A DNA stretch of 64,000 nucleotides from a virus. A program made the position numbers and the translations under genes. Shown here piece by piece: positions 41,576 through 51,789 of this stretch; position 1 is the stretch's first letter; the number at the start of each line of letters is the position of its first letter. The notes beneath the pieces were generated by a model. That model worked only from the letters and a program-made list of their open reading frames with translations, was not told the DNA's origin and did no database searches. The DNA is taken from positions 18,149 through 82,148 of the IMG/VR virus record IMGVR_UViG_3300032117_000015; one strand, written 5' to 3'.

Positions 41576-42025
41576 TTAAACAGTTACTTGCGACGATGTT
41601 AAACCGTTGTTTTGATCAAATTGCAACTGTATTTTTTCGCTTAGATTGTAGATAGTATAACTCAAAGTAAACTGTACTTGAAGACCAGTATCATACTGTG
41701 AAACTATTACATTACTAGCTTGTACTCTTGGGTCTGCGTTAAGAATAGCATTGATATTTTGCAATAACAACCCTTTAACATCTTCTGTTAATGGTTCAAA
41801 TAACAAGTCCCAAATAACACAACCATACGTAGGATTCATTAATCGCTCGCCTTGACGCACGTAGAAACTGTTTAGCAAATCCTGTTTAATTAATTCAAAG
41901 TCGTATAGAGCAAAATTTTTACTATTTTTATTAAGAGTACTAAACCCCCTGTACATCTGAGGGCCAGTAATGTCTGGGTTTTGACTAGCAGGAATTGTTA
42001 TTTTTGTATGTAAACTTGTAGACAT
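41576..42025 (-). CDS. baseplate wedge subunit (gp25-like)
   Basis: LIKQDLLN...GERLMNPTYGC...LLFEP...DPRV. Confidence 0.88.
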   Translation of the reverse strand: MSTSLHTKITIPASQNPDITGPQMYRGFSTLNKNSKNFALYDFELIKQDLLNSFYVRQGERLMNPTYGCVIWDLLFEPLTEDVKGLLLQNINAILNADPRVQASNVIVSQYDTGLQVQFTLSYTIYNLSEKIQLQFDQNNGLTSSQVTV

Positions 42026-42036
42026 TATTGTCCCCT

Positions 42037-43662
42037 TTATTGGTTAGTATCCGATTGTACAGGTATGTAATCAAATACATCTGTTGCAGTTGTATATTTG
42101 TTATAAAACTCAGGAGCTAAAGCACTTCCATTACTAAACTTAATTGGAGTTGAATTTTCTCTATCAGTTTTGTCTGGTGTCATTGTTAATGGGTCTAAAT
42201 TTTCATGTTGTGGCCAAGGCTCGTGTGCTGGAATCCGTTTCATTATACTGGTTAGTGTACTACCATTTGCATCGTAAATATTACTAAAAGTTGTCAATGC
42301 TACTGGTTTTGTAGTAAGTGCTTTTGGTGCAACAGGGCCGTTTTCTCCAATAGTATTTGCGGTTAATAAAATGTTATTAGTGCTGTTTATGTTTGTATCA
42401 ACTGCACTAGTTAAATTAATAGATCCTGTTGTCGTTACATTGAAATCGTTCAATACGTTAATATAATCCCCAACGACAGATACTTTGTAATTTTTTCCTA
42501 CAATAACATTACGATCCCCAGCACTTTCAACTTGGATTCTTCCCGTAACACTTCCAGTTGTATTTGTTCCAGATGCTTTTACATTAATATTACGACCAGC
42601 TTCCATATTAATATCACGGTCAGCATAAAAATTCATATCTTGTTTAGTATGAATACTAATACTGTCTTGTGCAAATATATCAATTTTACCGTTGCTTGAT
42701 AATTCAATCCAAGAAGTTCCGCTAGCATTTCCAATATAAATTAAATCTTCGCTATTGTGCAATAAAATTTGATGCCCGGTACGAGTTCTAATACGAACAA
42801 GTTCATTATGCGGAATTGTTGGATCACCGTCGGTTTCTCCTCCAGACACAGATGCATACTTAGGAGGACCTGCATTGGCTTTTTTAACTCTTCTGAATTG
42901 AGAGCTTCCGTCATCCATTACAAAAGTGCTTCCACCTAATCTACTCGACGGTACATTGATAGATGCTCCGGATGTGCCAGACGTAGGACCGTATGGGCCT
43001 TTAGGTGCATCAGGACGTCTGTCTACTGGCCCAGGAGTACTAATACCATATACATTACTAGGAAGTTCTCGTGCAGAACTACTTGAAGTAATTCCTCGAA
43101 TATCGTCAATGTTTAAACCTTGATCGGTTAATGTTTTTGCTAATAGACTTGTAGGTTTGTTTACTTTAACAAAACTCTTATTGCCATCGTTGTCAGTACC
43201 AGCAACTACTTTGTTCACTTCTGCAACAGGAACACGCAAAAGTTGTCCTGCTGTATTCGTTCCACCGTCAACATTAAATTGTGTAGCGGCCATACCTGGA
43301 ACTGCAAATCCAATATCATCGTCAGACACACATCCTAGCCAGTACGCACGACCTGTTTCACCTCCAACAAATATTACTAATACTTGTGTGTCAATATCGG
43401 GTGGAACAAACCACATACCATAACTTTTTTGTGTACCATCGTAGTCATTATTTGAACTTCTATATCTAGCCGCTGTTTGTCCAGCAAATGGCGATAGCAT
43501 ATACGCATTAAAAATATTACCCTCAGTCTGAGGGCTTCCAGCTTTTTTCAAGAGCTGTACTGCTAATGTACCGTTTTTATCTATATGTCGAACTACTTTT
43601 GCCAAACGTGGCACTTCCGGTGTTAGCGGAGTCGACATTGATGTTGCTTTTATATTTGCCAT
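42037..43662 (-). CDS. baseplate hub/central spike protein (gp5/Vgr-like)
   Basis: OB-fold-type region (PPDIDTQVLVIFVGG...YWLG), RTRTGHQI, SWIELSSNGKIDI and short beta-helix repeats. Confidence 0.8.
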   Translation of the reverse strand: MANIKATSMSTPLTPEVPRLAKVVRHIDKNGTLAVQLLKKAGSPQTEGNIFNAYMLSPFAGQTAARYRSSNNDYDGTQKSYGMWFVPPDIDTQVLVIFVGGETGRAYWLGCVSDDDIGFAVPGMAATQFNVDGGTNTAGQLLRVPVAEVNKVVAGTDNDGNKSFVKVNKPTSLLAKTLTDQGLNIDDIRGITSSSSARELPSNVYGISTPGPVDRRPDAPKGPYGPTSGTSGASINVPSSRLGGSTFVMDDGSSQFRRVKKANAGPPKYASVSGGETDGDPTIPHNELVRIRTRTGHQILLHNSEDLIYIGNASGTSWIELSSNGKIDIFAQDSISIHTKQDMNFYADRDINMEAGRNINVKASGTNTTGSVTGRIQVESAGDRNVIVGKNYKVSVVGDYINVLNDFNVTTTGSINLTSAVDTNINSTNNILLTANTIGENGPVAPKALTTKPVALTTFSNIYDANGSTLTSIMKRIPAHEPWPQHENLDPLTMTPDKTDRENSTPIKFSNGSALAPEFYNKYTTATDVFDYIPVQSDTNQ

Positions 43663-43677
43663 TATCTATTAAACCTG

Positions 43678-45834
43678 TTAACTCTTAGGTGCTAAGTTAG
43701 AAGAAAGTCCTTTCTTCGGCTGGACTCCTGACGAATTTGAGTTTGGATTATCTTGGTTCGGTCTTCTGTATGCTTGTAATTCTTGTGTGAATTGTCCGTC
43801 TTTAAAAATACTCTTAACTGTTGTTAACTTATATAATCCAGAAAATTCATAAGAAGTTTTAGCATGTAAAGTATACAAGCCAGTTGCTTGATTAATATCT
43901 ACTGGTGTTTGAAAGTGAATTAAAAAATCAACTTCGCTTTGTTGATAATCCATGTCACCGTCTGCTGTTATGTTGTGTTGGTCAGTTAAGACTGCTTGAT
44001 AATTTCCCATACCGCTATTGGCAATATAATAAGGGTCTCCAGCAATTTTTATATGTCCGTTAATCATATCGTAGTTTTCGTGAAACGCTCTATGCATCAT
44101 TTCTACTGCTCGAGTCTGTGCAACTATTCCAGGTGTTGGAGTAATTCCGTCAAATGAATTTTGCCAGTGCATATATTTCATTGTTTGAGATGTAGCTGGA
44201 GATAAATTTGATGCTTTATCACCATCAGTTGGTGCGCTAATTGTAGGCTTGCCGGCATCTTTAGTGCTTGCAATTTTAGACTGTTGATTTCTTAATAACT
44301 CGTCTTGGGTAAATGCCGCCATATCAGGCGCCATAAGACTAAGGAATGTATTTTTTATTTCAATATTAAAATCAATAACTTCGCTATTAAGACCGGTATA
44401 GATATAATTGTACACCTTAGCTACTTGTTTACTCAAGGCTTTATATCCAGGCGCGGCGGCATTAACTGCTGTCATTTTATCATCGTGCGCTTTATAAGGC
44501 AAAATTCGATAAACTACAATTCTAGGTTTAGTACCAGTTTTTGTATCGTTAGCAGTAGTTGGTATATGATATACTTGCATATCAACACGCCACCAAGGTC
44601 TAAAACCTTCATCGTTAACTGCTTGATCATCTAATGCTTTAACACCATAATTACTCATTACAATAACTTTGTTAATGATGTCCATAACTTTGGTAGTTTG
44701 GCTAAATTGCATTTTAACAAAAGCAGGGTTAAGATTCTCTTGTTGAATTGGATTCCAATCGTCATTTTTTTCACTCCAGACTTTTGCAATATTTTGTGGA
44801 ACTTTATGGCCCTGACGACCTGGACCAAAGCCTAGTTTTGCTGTGCCGATATCATTCAATGTACTAGGATCTTGCTGTGCAATGACCACATCTGCTGTTG
44901 CACCTGTTGCTTTTTGTAACCCTAATGTTTTAAGAAATGCCGCATCATCTGCCGATGGTGTGACTTTAGATGCCTTGGCAAATAATCCAGGAGTAGAATT
45001 TGATAAATCTTTTATTTTAGGAAATGTTATAAAAACTTGTTCTGATACTGAAACTTTTCCTGTTTTCTTTTGTTCTGCATAATATCTATTTAAAACTGCC
45101 TGCAAACCATTTTCTCCAGTTTGTAAAATTTCCTGGATAGTCGATCCTTCTATAGTAGTATCTTCTTTAGTTTGCATATAAACATCTGTTGCGGCTTCAT
45201 AGTTAGCAACATAGCCTTTGCATTTATATGTGGCTCCTCCTGCATTTACTTTTGCATTTATACTTGTAAATCTAAAAGGAATAAATCTTGCAGTATTTGG
45301 AATATTTTGTATTGCCCCAGTTTCAGTGTTTCCCCTAAACTGTATTACTAACAAATATACTGCATCATTGTAGTTTGCATAATTTGCTTGTCCGGCCGCG
45401 GCAGTTAACACACTTACAAAAGCCATCATACTGTATGGTTCAACTACTGTAAATTCTAATGTTAAATTAGATGTGTTACCTATTTTTGGATTGAATGCGT
45501 AAGCACCGTTTAATACAAGATCGTTTATATAAAACTCGTACGAAGTTCCAGTGTCTGTAGATTTAAATCTATAATCAGGATTACTACCAGCACTTTTACA
45601 AATAATAGGAGGTAAGTCGCCTGTCATATAAGTTGCAGAAGGAGAATTATAGCTTGCTGTGTCTAAACAATGTAAACTAAAAGAATAATTATAACTGGCA
45701 AACCCACTTAACACATTTGGTTGCGGAAGTGTTTGAGATCCAGGAACGCCCGAAGATGCATCGCTTGTGATAGTTTTAGCCGATGCTCCAGAATTAATAT
45801 CTTGCGTTGCGCCTGCTTGATTTTGATCTGCCAT
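43678..45834 (-). CDS. putative baseplate hub protein (gp27/GpD-like)
   Basis: Lies between the gp53-like and gp5-like genes; C-terminal IKIAGDPYY...FSGLYKLTTVKSIFKDGQFTQEL. Confidence 0.55.
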   Translation of the reverse strand: MADQNQAGATQDINSGASAKTITSDASSGVPGSQTLPQPNVLSGFASYNYSFSLHCLDTASYNSPSATYMTGDLPPIICKSAGSNPDYRFKSTDTGTSYEFYINDLVLNGAYAFNPKIGNTSNLTLEFTVVEPYSMMAFVSVLTAAAGQANYANYNDAVYLLVIQFRGNTETGAIQNIPNTARFIPFRFTSINAKVNAGGATYKCKGYVANYEAATDVYMQTKEDTTIEGSTIQEILQTGENGLQAVLNRYYAEQKKTGKVSVSEQVFITFPKIKDLSNSTPGLFAKASKVTPSADDAAFLKTLGLQKATGATADVVIAQQDPSTLNDIGTAKLGFGPGRQGHKVPQNIAKVWSEKNDDWNPIQQENLNPAFVKMQFSQTTKVMDIINKVIVMSNYGVKALDDQAVNDEGFRPWWRVDMQVYHIPTTANDTKTGTKPRIVVYRILPYKAHDDKMTAVNAAAPGYKALSKQVAKVYNYIYTGLNSEVIDFNIEIKNTFLSLMAPDMAAFTQDELLRNQQSKIASTKDAGKPTISAPTDGDKASNLSPATSQTMKYMHWQNSFDGITPTPGIVAQTRAVEMMHRAFHENYDMINGHIKIAGDPYYIANSGMGNYQAVLTDQHNITADGDMDYQQSEVDFLIHFQTPVDINQATGLYTLHAKTSYEFSGLYKLTTVKSIFKDGQFTQELQAYRRPNQDNPNSNSSGVQPKKGLSSNLAPKS

Positions 45835-45835
45835 A

Positions 45836-46138
45836 TTAAATTCCTAACACTCGGACTAGTTCGCTCAATTTACAAATGTAAATTTGTGTTCCTGGAATGA
45901 AATCTAATATTGGATCTTGTAATACATCTAGGTTTCGTTGTATGAATACCCACCATAACTTTGGATCTCCGTACAAGTCGTATGCTAACAAATCTGGTCT
46001 GTAAGTATACTGAGGTTGTATGGTATATAAAAAATCACTCGAACTGGCACTTACTGGTCTGATGTTTAATACATCGAGATAGTTTCCAGTAACAGGCGTA
46101 GTATACCAAGGGCTTACGTTTGAATAGATAGCTGTCAT
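45836..46138 (-). CDS. baseplate wedge protein (gp53/LysM-like)
   Basis: RPDLLAYDLYGDPKLWWV...N...DPI. Confidence 0.8.
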   Translation of the reverse strand: MTAIYSNVSPWYTTPVTGNYLDVLNIRPVSASSSDFLYTIQPQYTYRPDLLAYDLYGDPKLWWVFIQRNLDVLQDPILDFIPGTQIYICKLSELVRVLGI

Positions 46139-47127
46139 TAAATAAATCCTGGTGAAGTTCCTAGATATCCGCCTTCAACAAATCTATCTAGGCTAAATTT
46201 CTGTGCTGTATTTCTTGCATACATTGTTTGTAACGTAACTGTAAATGTGCTCTTTGTAGGAACACGGGTAACTCCACCTGGTGTTGATCCTCCTAAGCCA
46301 AACAATCCTGCTGTTGCGGCTATTTGTCCAACTCCGCCGGCAATTGTATCAACTCCGGCTGTGATTCCTGCTACACCTGGCAAGGCTGATCCAAGTGTGT
46401 CTGCTAACCCACCAACTGCATCTGCTAAACCTTCGGCTTGTCCTGCGGCACTTCCTACAACCGGTATACTAATATAATCACAATCTTTTCCTAATTGTGC
46501 TTGGAATTGTGTTACTACTACTGGCACATTTGAAAATACATATTGACCGTAAGCGTTCAATTGAACAATTGGTGGAGGGTTTCCAGCTTTTGGATCAAGA
46601 CCTGTGAACATTTTGGTAAGACTTCTTAAATAGTGCATGACCGCAATCCAGTATAGTCCTTGTGTTTGATCTTCAACATACATAGGAGCAGTAATTTGAA
46701 TTGTACCTGGATCACTATTTTGATACGCATGGTAGTTATAGTTTGTATGAACTAGATTTAAAGGCGTATACTTTGCTGTTGCTGTTGATGTAATTTCTGG
46801 AGTATAAGGAAATATCATGCCACCTGCATTAATTAACGGATTCAAAACTGGACTATTTCTAAAACTAGGCCATGTAGGAATACTTAATCGAACACGCCAC
46901 TCATTTGCTCCTTCTAAATCAGTAAATGCGGCGGCCGCGGCGGCAATATCTCCTACCGTTTCTCCGGCGGCCGGTAAATCAAGTGAACGCCACGCTGATG
47001 CTAAATTGCCAACATTGCCAACTGCACTGATTAGAGAGCCTACTTGTCCTGCTGTTTTGATAGTAGAACCAATCGAGTTAGGACTTGCTCCTTGCTGTAT
47101 TCTTGCTGTTGCTCCGGTCACTGCCAT
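46138..47127 (-). CDS. putative baseplate or tail tube initiator protein
   Basis: GMIFPYTP...GNPPPIVQLNAYG...VPVVVT; first gene of the baseplate operon. Confidence 0.55.
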   Translation of the reverse strand: MAVTGATARIQQGASPNSIGSTIKTAGQVGSLISAVGNVGNLASAWRSLDLPAAGETVGDIAAAAAAFTDLEGANEWRVRLSIPTWPSFRNSPVLNPLINAGGMIFPYTPEITSTATAKYTPLNLVHTNYNYHAYQNSDPGTIQITAPMYVEDQTQGLYWIAVMHYLRSLTKMFTGLDPKAGNPPPIVQLNAYGQYVFSNVPVVVTQFQAQLGKDCDYISIPVVGSAAGQAEGLADAVGGLADTLGSALPGVAGITAGVDTIAGGVGQIAATAGLFGLGGSTPGGVTRVPTKSTFTVTLQTMYARNTAQKFSLDRFVEGGYLGTSPGFI

Positions 47128-47155
47128 AATATTATCCTTTTGGTATAATATTTAG

Positions 47156-47184
47156 TTGACTTTATAAAGTGCGTAGTTTATAAT
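47156..47184 (+). promoter_or_regulatory. sigma70-type promoter of the late sigma gene
   Basis: TTGACT-N17-TATAAT. It abuts a divergent late-type motif (CTAAATA, - strand, 47149-47155). Confidence 0.85.
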
Positions 47185-47207
47185 TAGACATTAGAGGACT
47201 CTTAAGG

Positions 47208-48053
47208 ATGACATTACCCGTAAACCCACCAAAAGTAAATTACTTAAACAACAAAGACATGCTCGCAGAAATACACAAATCAAAGAGCTCATATTGTGTC
47301 TTTACCAAACCAGAATATCATCAATACGACATTATTTTACCAAGTGTTGATAAAGTTAATATTAGAACTATTGCAGAAGCCAAACGTAATCGTGCCAAAC
47401 GTATAGGAGATTTAGATTACCAAACTCGTAAGAAAGCTGGCGAAAAAGTCAAACAAGCAGACTGCGAAGTCGATTATAAAAAAATAGCAAAGACGGATTT
47501 AGTATTCCGTATCATGACTTTTGATCATATTCCGCTCAATAATACCCGTAAGAAAAATCCAAAGAGTCTTGCCGACCATAGAGATAAAGTTAACTTCCCT
47601 CCTTTCCAACATTTTAAATTTAATGACAAAGATGAACTAGTGTGTGTTGGAAAAAGTCATTGGAAAGGCGGATTAAAGACTGGCCACTTTGACAAAGATG
47701 CTGGCCAAATTACTAACAATTTAGCACGAATGATGTTAAAGTTATGTGAACGTTATGCTACTCGTGGTAACGTTCGTGGTTACACTTACAACGATGAAAT
47801 GAAGGGACAAGCTATTTTACAGCTTACACAAATAGGACTACAATTTGATGAATCTAAAAGCGATAATCCTTTTGCCTATTTTACTGCGGCAGTTACTAAT
47901 AGTTTTGTTCGTGTTATTAATATTGAAAAGCGTAACCAAAATATCAGAGATGATATCTTAGAAATGAATGGTATGAATCCAAGCTACAGTCGTACTGGTG
48001 CTGGAGAACATGCGGCCGCAATGAAACGTGCAAATGAGGACACTAGTGAATGA
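47208..48053 (+). CDS. gp55: late-transcription sigma factor (T4 gp55-like)
   Basis: NYLNNKDMLAEI, GYTYNDEM and FDESKSDNPFAYFT...FVRVINIEK; lies upstream of gp47/gp46 as in T4. Confidence 0.85.
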   Translation: MTLPVNPPKVNYLNNKDMLAEIHKSKSSYCVFTKPEYHQYDIILPSVDKVNIRTIAEAKRNRAKRIGDLDYQTRKKAGEKVKQADCEVDYKKIAKTDLVFRIMTFDHIPLNNTRKKNPKSLADHRDKVNFPPFQHFKFNDKDELVCVGKSHWKGGLKTGHFDKDAGQITNNLARMMLKLCERYATRGNVRGYTYNDEMKGQAILQLTQIGLQFDESKSDNPFAYFTAAVTNSFVRVINIEKRNQNIRDDILEMNGMNPSYSRTGAGEHAAAMKRANEDTSE

Positions 48054-48112
48054 GTAACGGAAACAATCTTCATGTTTGTGATTTGATTAAGAAACATTTT
48101 GGAGTTGAATAA
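48050..48112 (+). CDS. 20-aa mini-ORF ending in KKHFGVE
   Basis: Read by hand: MSNGNNLHVCDLIKKHFGVE. GAGGA upstream; ATGA and TAATG coupling on the two sides. Confidence 0.45.
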   Translation: MSNGNNLHVCDLIKKHFGVE

Positions 48113-48288
48113 TGGCTTCAGTTAAAAACACAAGAGAAATGAACGAGCCAGAGTTAAACTATCGTGCTACCATCATCTGGGATAATATGACCACCGTAGT
48201 AGAGAACGGTGTCGAAGTATCTCGTGTGTATAAAGATAACAGTATCCGGCTCGACCTGTTTAAACAACATTTCGGAGTTAAAGAATGA
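48112..48288 (+). CDS. 58-aa protein ending in KQHFGVKE
   Basis: Read by hand: MASVKNTREMNEPELNYRATIIWDNMTTVVENGVEVSRVYKDNSIRLDLFKQHFGVKE. GGAG RBS; coupled to gp47. Confidence 0.65.
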   Translation: MASVKNTREMNEPELNYRATIIWDNMTTVVENGVEVSRVYKDNSIRLDLFKQHFGVKE

Positions 48289-49298
48289 GCAACTTGTTCA
48301 AGAAGGTTGCGTGTATGACCGATATTCATTTCGGTCTCAAGAGCAACTCATCAGTACACAACCAAGATTGTGAAGAGTTTGTAGATTGGTATATTGCAAA
48401 AGCAAAGGAGAAAGGATGTGATACAGGTATCTTTATGGGTGATTGGCATCATAACCGTAATAGCCTTAACATTACTACAATGGATTATAGTCTTAGGGCC
48501 TTGGAGAAGTTGGGTGCGGCGTTCGATAACTTCTATTTCTTTCCTGGTAATCATGATCTGTATTACAAAGACAAACGGGATATACACTCTGTGGAGTTTG
48601 GAAAGTATATACCTGGTGTCACTGTGGTACATGAGCCTACTACTATTGGAGATGTTACACTCTATCCCTGGCTTGTCGGCGACGAATGGAAAACTATAAG
48701 CAAGCGAACAGGCAAATATTGCTTTGGGCATTTTGAACTTCCTAAGTTTTTTATGAACGCAATGGTTCAGATGCCGGATCATGGCGAGCTACAAGTCGAT
48801 GCGTTCAAAGGGTTTGAATTAGGATTTAGCGGACATTTTCATAAACGTCAAGAAAATGAAAATATGATTTATATCGGTAATGCGTTTCCGCACAATTATT
48901 CAGATGCATGGGACGATGACCGCGGCATGATGATTTTAGAATGGGGCGGTAAGCCTGAGTATTTTAGTTGGCCTAAACAACCTACTTACAGAACTATTAA
49001 ACTAAGTGAACTGATTGATCGTGCAGACGAAATTATTCTGCCTAGACAGCATTTACGTGTTACACTAGACATTGATATCAGTTACGAAGAAGCAAGTTTT
49101 ATTAAAGAAAAGTTCATGTCAGATTATGATATACGTGAACTAACATTAATTGCCGAGAAAAAAGACATCGAAATTAATACAAATATCGATGTGCAGGCAT
49201 TTGAAAGTGTCGATCAAATTGTTAGCAATCAAATTGTTAATATTGATTCAGACACTTACGACAAAAATACACTACTGGCAATTTATAGCGGCTTATGA
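48285..49298 (+). CDS. gp47: recombination endonuclease subunit (gp47/Mre11/SbcD-like)
   Basis: Phosphoesterase motifs DIHFG, GDWHH, GNHD, GHFE and SGHFH. Confidence 0.92.
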   Translation: MSNLFKKVACMTDIHFGLKSNSSVHNQDCEEFVDWYIAKAKEKGCDTGIFMGDWHHNRNSLNITTMDYSLRALEKLGAAFDNFYFFPGNHDLYYKDKRDIHSVEFGKYIPGVTVVHEPTTIGDVTLYPWLVGDEWKTISKRTGKYCFGHFELPKFFMNAMVQMPDHGELQVDAFKGFELGFSGHFHKRQENENMIYIGNAFPHNYSDAWDDDRGMMILEWGGKPEYFSWPKQPTYRTIKLSELIDRADEIILPRQHLRVTLDIDISYEEASFIKEKFMSDYDIRELTLIAEKKDIEINTNIDVQAFESVDQIVSNQIVNIDSDTYDKNTLLAIYSGL

Positions 49299-51073
49299 TT
49301 ATAATTAAAGATTTAACAGTTAAAAACTTCATGAGTGTGGGTAACCAGACTCAAGCTGTAGACTTTGGTAAAGAGAACTTAACACTTGTACTAGGTGAAA
49401 ACTTAGACCAAGGCGGAGATGATAACGGAAGTCGTAACGGTACTGGTAAAACTACTATTGTTAATGCACTAAGTTATGCATTGTTTGGAGTTGCATTAAC
49501 TAACATTAAAAAAGATAATCTTATTAATAAGATTAATACTAAAGGAATGTTAGTTACACTTACGTTTGAAAAAGACGGTACTATGTATCGCATTGAACGT
49601 GGACGCAAACCCAATGTACTCAAGTTCTTCATCGATGATATGGAACAGGAAACTGCTGAAACCGATGACGCACAAGGCGATATGCGTGAGACCCAGAAGG
49701 ACTTAGATGACTTGCTGGGCATGAGTCACGACATGTTCAAGCACATTGTTGCTCTAAACACTTATACTGAACCGTTTTTAAGTATGCGAGCTAACGATCA
49801 ACGTGTTATTATTGAACAGTTGTTGGGAATTACACTATTAAGTGAAAAAGCAGAAATACTTAAAGAACAAATTAAAGAAACAAAAGATGCTATCTTACAA
49901 GAGACAGCAAATATAGAAGCAATTAAAAAATCTAACGATAAAATCCAACTAAGCATTGATAGTTTACTAACAAGGCAAATGGCTTGGGAAAATCAACATA
50001 GACAAGAATTAGAAAAGATTGGCAAAGCAATCGTAGAACTTGAAAGTGTAGATATTGAAGCAGAGCTTGCCAAGCATGCCGAGCTCAAAGAGTATGATGA
50101 GAAATCAGCGAAGCTGAAAAGCCTAAATAAAGAGCGGGCAACGCTCGAAGCGGCGCTAGCACAAGCGGAGCGAAACGTAAAAAAATACGCTAGCGAGCTT
50201 GCTAAGTTGCAGGACAAAAAATGTCACGCTTGTGACCAAGAGTTGCATGATCACAAACATGAAGAAATGTCTGCTCAAGCTACCAAGCACGTTGAAGAAG
50301 CCGCCACTTATTACGATACTGTTAACGCAGACTTGATTAAAATCAATGGCGAACTAGAAAAGATAGGTGAAATCAATGGGCGTCCAAAAACTTACTATGA
50401 CACGTTAGAGCAAGCACTAAAACACCAGAATAATTTAAAAACTCTAGAAGCACAGTTAAGCACTAAGGCTGTAGATGTTGATCCTTATCAAGAGCAAATT
50501 GAAGAATTGCGTATGACAGCTATGCAGGAAGTGTCATGGGATCATGTTAACGCATACACTAGCTTAAAGGATCATCAGGAGTTTTTATTAAAGTTGTTGA
50601 CTAGCAAGGATTCGTTTATTCGTAAAAAGATCATTGATCAAAACCTAGCTTACTTGAATAATCGGTTAACTTACTATCTTGATAAGATAGGTTTACCGCA
50701 TAGCGTAGTATTTCAAAATGATTTAACTGTGCTTATCACCCAGCTAGGGCAAGATTTAGATTTTGATAATCTAAGTCGAGGTGAGCGTAATAGACTTATC
50801 CTTGGTTTGTCATGGGCTTTCCGTGACGTATGGGAATCACTATATCAAGGTATTAACTTGTTGTTTGTTGACGAGTTAATTGATAATGGTTTAGATCCGT
50901 CTGGTGTTGAAGGCGCATTGGCTGTGCTTAAGAAGATGGGTCGTGAACGCAAGAAAAACATTTTCTTAATCAGTCACAAGGAAGAGTTGATAGGTCGTGT
51001 TAACAATGTGTTAAAAGTTGTTAAGGAAAACGGATTTACCAGCTATGCAAACGATTTAGAAATTAATGAGTAA
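49295..51073 (+). CDS. gp46: recombination ATPase subunit (gp46/Rad50/SbcC-like)
   Basis: KNFMSVGN, Walker A NGTGKTT, coiled coil with CHAC hook, LSRGE signature, LFVDE and ISH. Confidence 0.93.
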   Translation: MIIIKDLTVKNFMSVGNQTQAVDFGKENLTLVLGENLDQGGDDNGSRNGTGKTTIVNALSYALFGVALTNIKKDNLINKINTKGMLVTLTFEKDGTMYRIERGRKPNVLKFFIDDMEQETAETDDAQGDMRETQKDLDDLLGMSHDMFKHIVALNTYTEPFLSMRANDQRVIIEQLLGITLLSEKAEILKEQIKETKDAILQETANIEAIKKSNDKIQLSIDSLLTRQMAWENQHRQELEKIGKAIVELESVDIEAELAKHAELKEYDEKSAKLKSLNKERATLEAALAQAERNVKKYASELAKLQDKKCHACDQELHDHKHEEMSAQATKHVEEAATYYDTVNADLIKINGELEKIGEINGRPKTYYDTLEQALKHQNNLKTLEAQLSTKAVDVDPYQEQIEELRMTAMQEVSWDHVNAYTSLKDHQEFLLKLLTSKDSFIRKKIIDQNLAYLNNRLTYYLDKIGLPHSVVFQNDLTVLITQLGQDLDFDNLSRGERNRLILGLSWAFRDVWESLYQGINLLFVDELIDNGLDPSGVEGALAVLKKMGRERKKNIFLISHKEELIGRVNNVLKVVKENGFTSYANDLEINE

Positions 51074-51335
51074 ACATGTTGAACCCAGTCCTGAGCAAAA
51101 TGAGGAATCACACGAACGCCTCATGCATGCTTTTAAAGAGTACTTCAAGGAAAACCAAAAATGGCAAGCTCGAGGTACTCGCAGGGCTGGGGAAAATATG
51201 CGCTATTGGCTGGCACAAATACGTATAATTGCAAAAGAACGTAGAACTCATGTGCAACAGTATCGCGTATGGTTAGATCAAACTAAGGCAGAAAAAAAGG
51301 CAAACCAAAATCAAGGGGATGGTGAGGACGAATAA
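51066..51335 (+). CDS. small helical protein, possibly Hc1-like nucleic-acid binding
   Basis: ORF overlapping gp46. The resemblance to Hc1-like phage proteins is weak and from memory. Confidence 0.55.
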   Translation: MSKHVEPSPEQNEESHERLMHAFKEYFKENQKWQARGTRRAGENMRYWLAQIRIIAKERRTHVQQYRVWLDQTKAEKKANQNQGDGEDE

Positions 51336-51347
51336 ACTACATAGTTA

Positions 51348-51782
51348 ATGTCTTGGACTTATCAAAATCAAATTATAGAAACCCTCCCTGAAGAATGCAT
51401 AGGATTCGTATATCTTATTACAAACACTACTAACGGGCGCATGTACATAGGCAAAAAATTAGCAAAATTTAGCAAAACTACCTACAAGACAGTAAAACTT
51501 AAAAACGGCAAGAAGAAAAAACAAAAAATCCGCAGTAAAATTGACAGCGATTGGCGTGAATATTATGGTTCATCGCCCGAGTTGACTAAAGATATTGCGC
51601 TGTTAGGCAAAGAAAATTTCACTAGAGAAATACTTTATTACTGCGAATCTAAAGCGATGTGCAGTTATATTGAAGCTAGAGAACAGTTTTCACGCAGAGT
51701 TTTAGAATCAAAAGACTACTATAATGGTCATATTCAAGTGCGTGTACATGGATCACATATACTCAAGGCTCAACAAAAGTAG
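51348..51782 (+). CDS. stand-alone GIY-YIG endonuclease (T4 endonuclease II-like size)
   Basis: GFVYLITNTTNGRMYIGKK, YYGSS, FTREIL, catalytic-type E in YIEAREQ, and YYN. Confidence 0.8.
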   Translation: MSWTYQNQIIETLPEECIGFVYLITNTTNGRMYIGKKLAKFSKTTYKTVKLKNGKKKKQKIRSKIDSDWREYYGSSPELTKDIALLGKENFTREILYYCESKAMCSYIEAREQFSRRVLESKDYYNGHIQVRVHGSHILKAQQK

Positions 51783-51789
51783 GCAAAAT

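Noticed and set aside
23564-46477. Many 60-115 aa alternative-frame or antisense ORFs inside the structural genes
   Set aside because: They lie fully inside long, well-supported genes and show no recognisable motifs.
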